Positions 27,801-32,000 of a stretch of 32,000 nt of DNA are shown here, piece after piece. The translations under genes were made by a program, and so were the position numbers. Numbering within the stretch: the stretch's first letter is position 1; each line of letters begins with the position of its first letter. Source of the stretch: Candidatus Helarchaeota ASGARD archaeon Hel_GB_B (GTDB lineage Archaea > Asgardarchaeota > Lokiarchaeia > Helarchaeales > HEL-GB-B); contig SUPR01000028.1 of assembly GCA_005191425.1 (NCBI GenBank), positions 1 through 32,000 of the forward strand, in the 5' to 3' direction. The notes beneath the pieces were generated by a model. The model saw only the letters and a program-made list of their open reading frames with translations, had not been told where the DNA came from and ran no database searches.

Positions 27801-28796
27801 ATGGGATTAAAATTAGGAGTTTTAATAAATCCTTCTATAGAATTAAATCATTTTGATTTATTAAAATTTAAGACGTTGGTTATTGATGGCTATGATTTTC
27901 TTTATAATGCATTAACAAGAATAAAGCGGCAAGATAAAATTCTTTATAATGATAAAGGAGAACCAATTTCGCACTATTTATATTTATTAGATTTTATAAT
28001 AAATTTATTAGAGAGGAAAGTTCGTCCAATTTTCATTTTTGATAATATAAATGCGCTAAATTATAATATTAGAGTAAAAGATAAAATAGAAAAAATTGTA
28101 GAAATATTAAATAAACAAAAATCAAAAGATAAAACTCAAAAAATGAATACTAATAATATGTTAAATAATAGATCAATAAATGAAAATTATGTAAATTTCA
28201 TTGATAATATTTCGACTTTAATAAAATTTCTTGGAATTAACACGGTCATATCCCCTACTAATATTTTTCAAGCCTGTAAAAAATTAATTAGCGAAAAAAA
28301 AGCCGCAGGTATAATTACAAATGATTATAATTGCCTTTTATTTGGTATCCATGAAATGTATAGAAAATTAAATTTTGAAAATGATACTTTACAGCGAATT
28401 TTGCTCCAAAATGTATTAAATTCAAATAAAATAAATTTTGATCAATTTCTGGCGATTAATTTAATTATGGGCAATGATTATTTTTCTAATAAAAATTCAA
28501 AATCATATGGAGTTAAAACAAGTTTAAAGTTAATAAAAGAATTTGGTACCTTAGAAAATTTAATCAAACATGGTATAATTAATGAACACGATTTTCAAGA
28601 ATTTAAAAATTTCTTTATTACTCCTGATTCATTGACCTTGTCTCCAGAACCATCTAATCTTAATAGATTTAAAGCAAAAGAATATTTATTAAAAATAGGT
28701 CTATCTCAAGAAAGTTTTGAACAAAATTTGGACAGATTAGCTAAAGCTTATAGGAATTTAACTTTTAAACAAACATTTATTGACCAATTTTTATAA
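27801..28796 (+). CDS. FEN1/XPG-family nuclease paralog, degenerate active site, C-terminal PIP box
   Basis: MGLKLG, VIDG, ISH, PIFIFD, NDYNCLLFG, MGNDY, YGVKTSLKLIKEFG, KQTFIDQFL; the EGEA motif is replaced by NIFQ. Confidence 0.85.
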   Translation: MGLKLGVLINPSIELNHFDLLKFKTLVIDGYDFLYNALTRIKRQDKILYNDKGEPISHYLYLLDFIINLLERKVRPIFIFDNINALNYNIRVKDKIEKIVEILNKQKSKDKTQKMNTNNMLNNRSINENYVNFIDNISTLIKFLGINTVISPTNIFQACKKLISEKKAAGIITNDYNCLLFGIHEMYRKLNFENDTLQRILLQNVLNSNKINFDQFLAINLIMGNDYFSNKNSKSYGVKTSLKLIKEFGTLENLIKHGIINEHDFQEFKNFFITPDSLTLSPEPSNLNRFKAKEYLLKIGLSQESFEQNLDRLAKAYRNLTFKQTFIDQFL

Positions 28797-28838
28797 AAAA
28801 GATAAGATTTATTATTTAAAGAAATAAAAAATAGAAAA

Positions 28839-28938
28839 CGCCGGGAGTGAGATTCGAACTCACGCGACACAGAGTGTCACAGACTATCATGACTCATATA
28901 CTCAAGGCCTGCGCCGTAATCCGCTTGGCTATCCCGGC
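28839..28938 (-). tRNA. tRNA-Ser(UGA) with a 15-nt intron; CCA not encoded
   Basis: Acceptor GCCGGGA/TCCCGGC plus G73; D arm GCC..GGC; anticodon stem CAGGC/GTCTG with loop CT-TGA-G|A; long variable arm GACAC-TCT-GTGTC; T arm GTGAG-TTCGAAT-CTCAC. Confidence 0.93.
28886..28900 (-). other. tRNA intron at canonical position 37/38
   Basis: TATATGAGTCATGAT separates G37 from A38; the central BHB helix CTTG/CATG has one mismatch (relaxed BHB). Confidence 0.78.
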
Positions 28939-29094
28939 TTTTTTAAATAATATTAAGCGCCATATTTATAGATCTTAAATTTTATTTACGATCAAATTAA
29001 TTAAAATAGGTTGTATTATTTAAGAATAATTATTTAAATATTTTATTTGATTAACAAATAATTTTAATTTCTAAATGTAATATAAAGAATAAAA

Positions 29095-29523
29095 ATGAAC
29101 GACGGCTATAAATTTTTGGATCATAAAAGTGATGTCTATATAGAGGCATGTGGAAGGTCATTACAAGAGGCTTTTGAACAAGCAGGACGTGCGGTTTTTG
29201 ATACTATGACAGACATTAGTAAAATTGAATTCAAAACAATGCATAAAATATCAATTCAATCAGAAGATCTAAAATCACTATTATATGATTATTTAGACGA
29301 GCTTTTATTTATTTTTGATACTGAAATGTTATTGTTTAAAGAATTTAAAATTGAAATAGAGAATAAAAATGGATCGTATTTCTTGCATGGCGTTTTAAAA
29401 GGTGAGAAGTATAACCCAGATAAACATATTTCAAAAGTAGGTATTAAAGCAGCAACTTATAGTTTAATGGAAATAATTACAGACAAAAACAAATTTTGCT
29501 TGCGATTCGTCATGGACATTTAA
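29095..29523 (+). CDS. Archease (RtcB activator)
   Basis: YKFLDHKSDV.IEA.G.SL.EAF.QA..A.FD.M and GIKAATYS...DI motifs. Confidence 0.95.
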   Translation: MNDGYKFLDHKSDVYIEACGRSLQEAFEQAGRAVFDTMTDISKIEFKTMHKISIQSEDLKSLLYDYLDELLFIFDTEMLLFKEFKIEIENKNGSYFLHGVLKGEKYNPDKHISKVGIKAATYSLMEIITDKNKFCLRFVMDI

Positions 29524-29539
29524 ATAAAAAAGTAATTTA

Positions 29540-29818
29540 CTAACTTATTAAAATTCCATCATTCAATGCTTTTGTCATTGTATTTTCCCATTTAACAGCA
29601 AGATCAGTTAATAAACTATCAATAGTATCTTTATAAGAAGGGTTATTTTTTCCAAACTCCGTTAATAAGTTCCAAATTTTAAGCCGATAATATTTTTTAC
29701 GGAAATCAGCTTTTTTAATAGTATTTTTGATATTATTAATAATTGTTAAATCACTATCTTTAATTTCATCTTCAATTATTTTAATAAAAGTTTCAATTAT
29801 TTCTCTTGTTGTCTGCAT
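29540..29818 (-). CDS. Hypothetical helical protein (about 92 aa)
   Basis: Probable start MQTTRE at 29818; the upstream part of the track ORF looks non-coding. Confidence 0.6.
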   Translation of the reverse strand: MQTTREIIETFIKIIEDEIKDSDLTIINNIKNTIKKADFRKKYYRLKIWNLLTEFGKNNPSYKDTIDSLLTDLAVKWENTMTKALNDGILIS

Positions 29819-29935
29819 TTTTATTTTTCTCTCATTTAGTTTGTTAGAACAAATTTGAAAAATAATATGAACAATAATTAAAAAATTTAATGATGACATT
29901 TTTCAATGTTAATTGAAAAAGAAATGTGAAACTGT

Positions 29936-30376
29936 ATGAATAAAAAAATCGAACCAATGAATGAAATATTAAGAGATCTTGTAAAAACAACTCATATATT
30001 TCAAGCTGTAATAGTTGATCAAAATGGTTTACCAATTGCCTCGTGGAATGAAAAAAGTGGAAAAATAGAAAATGAATTAGAGAATAAAATATCAGCTATT
30101 GGTGCTAGCGTTTTTCTTTTATCAGAAAAAACTTCAGAAATTTTTGATCTAGGATTAATGGAGCAAATGATTATAAAGAATAAAAAAGGAAAAATTGTTA
30201 TTAAAAATATTAATAGCCAAGCATTAATCATTTGTGTAATGGAAAAGAAAGGTAGCGAAGCTTTAACCATGTTGAAGTTGAAAAATACGTGTGAAAAATT
30301 GAAAAAATTTGAAATATTAAATAGAAAAATTGATAATACACCTAAATCAGATATTTTCATTCCAAATATAGATTAG
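29936..30376 (+). CDS. Roadblock/LC7 (MglB-like) protein
   Basis: AVIVDQNGLPIAS...ISAIGAS...LEQMIIKNKKGKIVI...LIICV roadblock pattern. Confidence 0.9.
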   Translation: MNKKIEPMNEILRDLVKTTHIFQAVIVDQNGLPIASWNEKSGKIENELENKISAIGASVFLLSEKTSEIFDLGLMEQMIIKNKKGKIVIKNINSQALIICVMEKKGSEALTMLKLKNTCEKLKKFEILNRKIDNTPKSDIFIPNID

Positions 30377-30425
30377 ATTAAAAAAATCAATTTGTTTTAG
30401 AATTAAAAAACATTGGAGAATATTC

Positions 30426-31178
30426 ATGAAAATTGCGATAACTGTAGATGTAGAACCCGACCCAATAAAAGATTCATTTTTTGGAGTAAAATATGGGCTC
30501 CCCAAGATATTAAAAATTTTTGATGAAACAAAAATTCATGCCACATTTTTTATTACAGGAGAAATTGCGGAAAAATTTCCAGATCTAGTGAGAAATTTAA
30601 ACAAAAAACATGAGATCGGAATGCACGGGATATATAAACACGAGAGATTAAGAAAAGTTGATGATAGAATAATTAATGAAATTATCGAAATAAAAAACAA
30701 TATTGAATCAATAATACAAACGCCAATTTATGGTTTTAGGGCACCATTTCTTGATATTGATGCAAGACTTCTTGTAAAATTAAAAGATTTAGGCTTCAAA
30801 TATGATTCATCCCTTGGTCTTTTTAGATTTAATCAAATTAGGATGGAGAAATTCCTTGAAAAAGGTTTTGAATTTAAAGTATTATTTCCAAATGTATTTT
30901 TTAGATTTCCAATGGGACTTAAAGCTTTTCAAATTTTTTATAGTTTAAACCGGGTCAAGTTAGCAATTTTTTATTTACACCCGTGGGAAGCAATTAATGT
31001 GCGATATCTTTTAAAAAAATATAAAATGTACCAGTCTACTTTTGATAAGATTTTCAGAATAGATAGGTGGCTTAATACTGGGACAGAATTTTTAAAACGA
31101 TTAAAAAAGTTCATTATTTTCTTCAAAAATAAAGATTTTGAGATTAATACTTTAAAGAATTACTCAAAAATAAAATAA
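30426..31178 (+). CDS. Polysaccharide deacetylase (NodB/CE4 family)
   Basis: TVDVE, ATFFITG, HEIGMHG..H, GFRAP, YDSS, YLHPWE. Confidence 0.9.
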   Translation: MKIAITVDVEPDPIKDSFFGVKYGLPKILKIFDETKIHATFFITGEIAEKFPDLVRNLNKKHEIGMHGIYKHERLRKVDDRIINEIIEIKNNIESIIQTPIYGFRAPFLDIDARLLVKLKDLGFKYDSSLGLFRFNQIRMEKFLEKGFEFKVLFPNVFFRFPMGLKAFQIFYSLNRVKLAIFYLHPWEAINVRYLLKKYKMYQSTFDKIFRIDRWLNTGTEFLKRLKKFIIFFKNKDFEINTLKNYSKIK

Positions 31179-31212
31179 AAATAGAAAAAATAATGATAAA
31201 AAATAAAAATTT

Positions 31213-32000
31213 TTAACCTTTAGTCACTCCAATAGGGACTAAACGTACAATTTTTGTTGCAATACCAATTCTATGAGAAATATCTGCTACGATGTCAATA
31301 TCTTTATATGCTTTAGGTGCTTCTTCACTTAATACTACTTTACTTTTTGCCTTGACATAAGTCCCACTTTGCATCATTTCTTTTTCAATAGTTTCGCCCC
31401 AAAAAGTGCGCTTAGCTTTTGAGCGGCTCATACTTCGCCCTGCACCATGAGCAGTTGACCCAAAACTTAATTCCATAGCGCGAGAAGTTCCAGCTAATAA
31501 ATAGCTAGCGGACCCCATCGAGCCAGGTAAAAGAACGGGTTGCCCAGTCGATTTATATTTAGAAGGAAGGTCAGGGTGATTAGGAGGGAATGCTCTTGTG
31601 GCGCCTTTTCTATGAACACAAACCTTGATTTTTTTACCTTCAATTTCATGTTCCTCAATTTTTGCGATATTATGAGCTACACCATAGATTAAATTTAAAT
31701 CTAGATCTTCTGCAGATGTTCCTAGAACAGATTCAAAAGCTTCTCTTGTCCAATGAGTAATTAATTGCCGATTATTAAAAGCATAATTGATTGCGCATGC
31801 CATTGCTTTAAAATAATTTTGGCCCTCCTTGGAATTAATGGGTACACTTGCTAGTTCCCGGCTTGGTGGTATTATACCATAATTTTTCATTGCTTTTTCC
31901 ATAATCCTTAGATAATCTGAGCAAACTTGATGCCCAAACCCTCGACTACCTGTATGTATCATTACAGTTATCTGCCCTACTTCGTTTATCCCCCATTTTT
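31213..32000 (-). CDS. rtcB: tRNA-splicing ligase RtcB (5'-truncated by the window edge)
   Basis: HTGSRGFGHQV, AHNIAK, VHRKGATRAF, PGSMG, STAHGAGR, EEAP.AYK; frame stays open to base 31998. Confidence 0.96.
   Translation of the reverse strand, partial: KWGINEVGQITVMIHTGSRGFGHQVCSDYLRIMEKAMKNYGIIPPSRELASVPINSKEGQNYFKAMACAINYAFNNRQLITHWTREAFESVLGTSAEDLDLNLIYGVAHNIAKIEEHEIEGKKIKVCVHRKGATRAFPPNHPDLPSKYKSTGQPVLLPGSMGSASYLLAGTSRAMELSFGSTAHGAGRSMSRSKAKRTFWGETIEKEMMQSGTYVKAKSKVVLSEEAPKAYKDIDIVADISHRIGIATKIVRLVPIGVTKG

Noticed and set aside
30019-30360. 113-aa minus-strand ORF
   Set aside because: Antisense to the roadblock gene.
1-32000. CRISPR arrays, transposases, integrases, rRNA
   Set aside because: No regularly spaced repeats, terminal inverted repeats, recombinase motifs or rRNA-like GC-rich stretches were seen; the tRNA is not flanked by an att-like duplicate within the window.

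Overview
Very AT-rich prokaryotic DNA that reads as an Asgard archaeon (Lokiarchaeia/Helarchaeales-like). The support is an archaeal ribosomal/RNAP cluster, an intron-containing tRNA, two Rab-like GTPases, and roadblock, longin and V4R proteins. Layout: (1) 0.5-4.2 kb, membrane-protein operon ending in a TMEM62-like surface metallophosphoesterase. (2) 4.5-15.2 kb, candidate acyl-lipid island: three SCP2 lipid carriers, two LpxL/PatA-type acyltransferases, a longin fusion, a methyltransferase, and a thiolase / HMG-CoA-synthase-like / DUF35 trio. The HMGS-like subunit appears to have lost its catalytic Glu, Cys and His, which is the PhlABC-type architecture. (3) 15.3-19.4 kb, two GalT-family genes and a GPH sugar transporter. 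(4) 19.5-24.6 kb, rps13-rps4-rps11-rpoD-rpl18e-rpl13-rps9-rpoN-rpl7ae-rps28e-rpl24e; L24e is missing from the ORF track. (5) 25-27.7 kb, V4R+Rab operon divergent from a Zn-finger + roadblock-Rab operon. (6) 27.8-32 kb, a degenerate FEN1 paralog with an intact PIP box, tRNA-Ser(UGA) with a 15-nt intron, archease, roadblock protein, polysaccharide deacetylase and a partial rtcB. Strand composition flips from C/T-rich to G/A-rich at about 5.1 kb, between two duplicated SCP2 genes. All family assignments come from motif recognition and recalled sequences; no database search was run.
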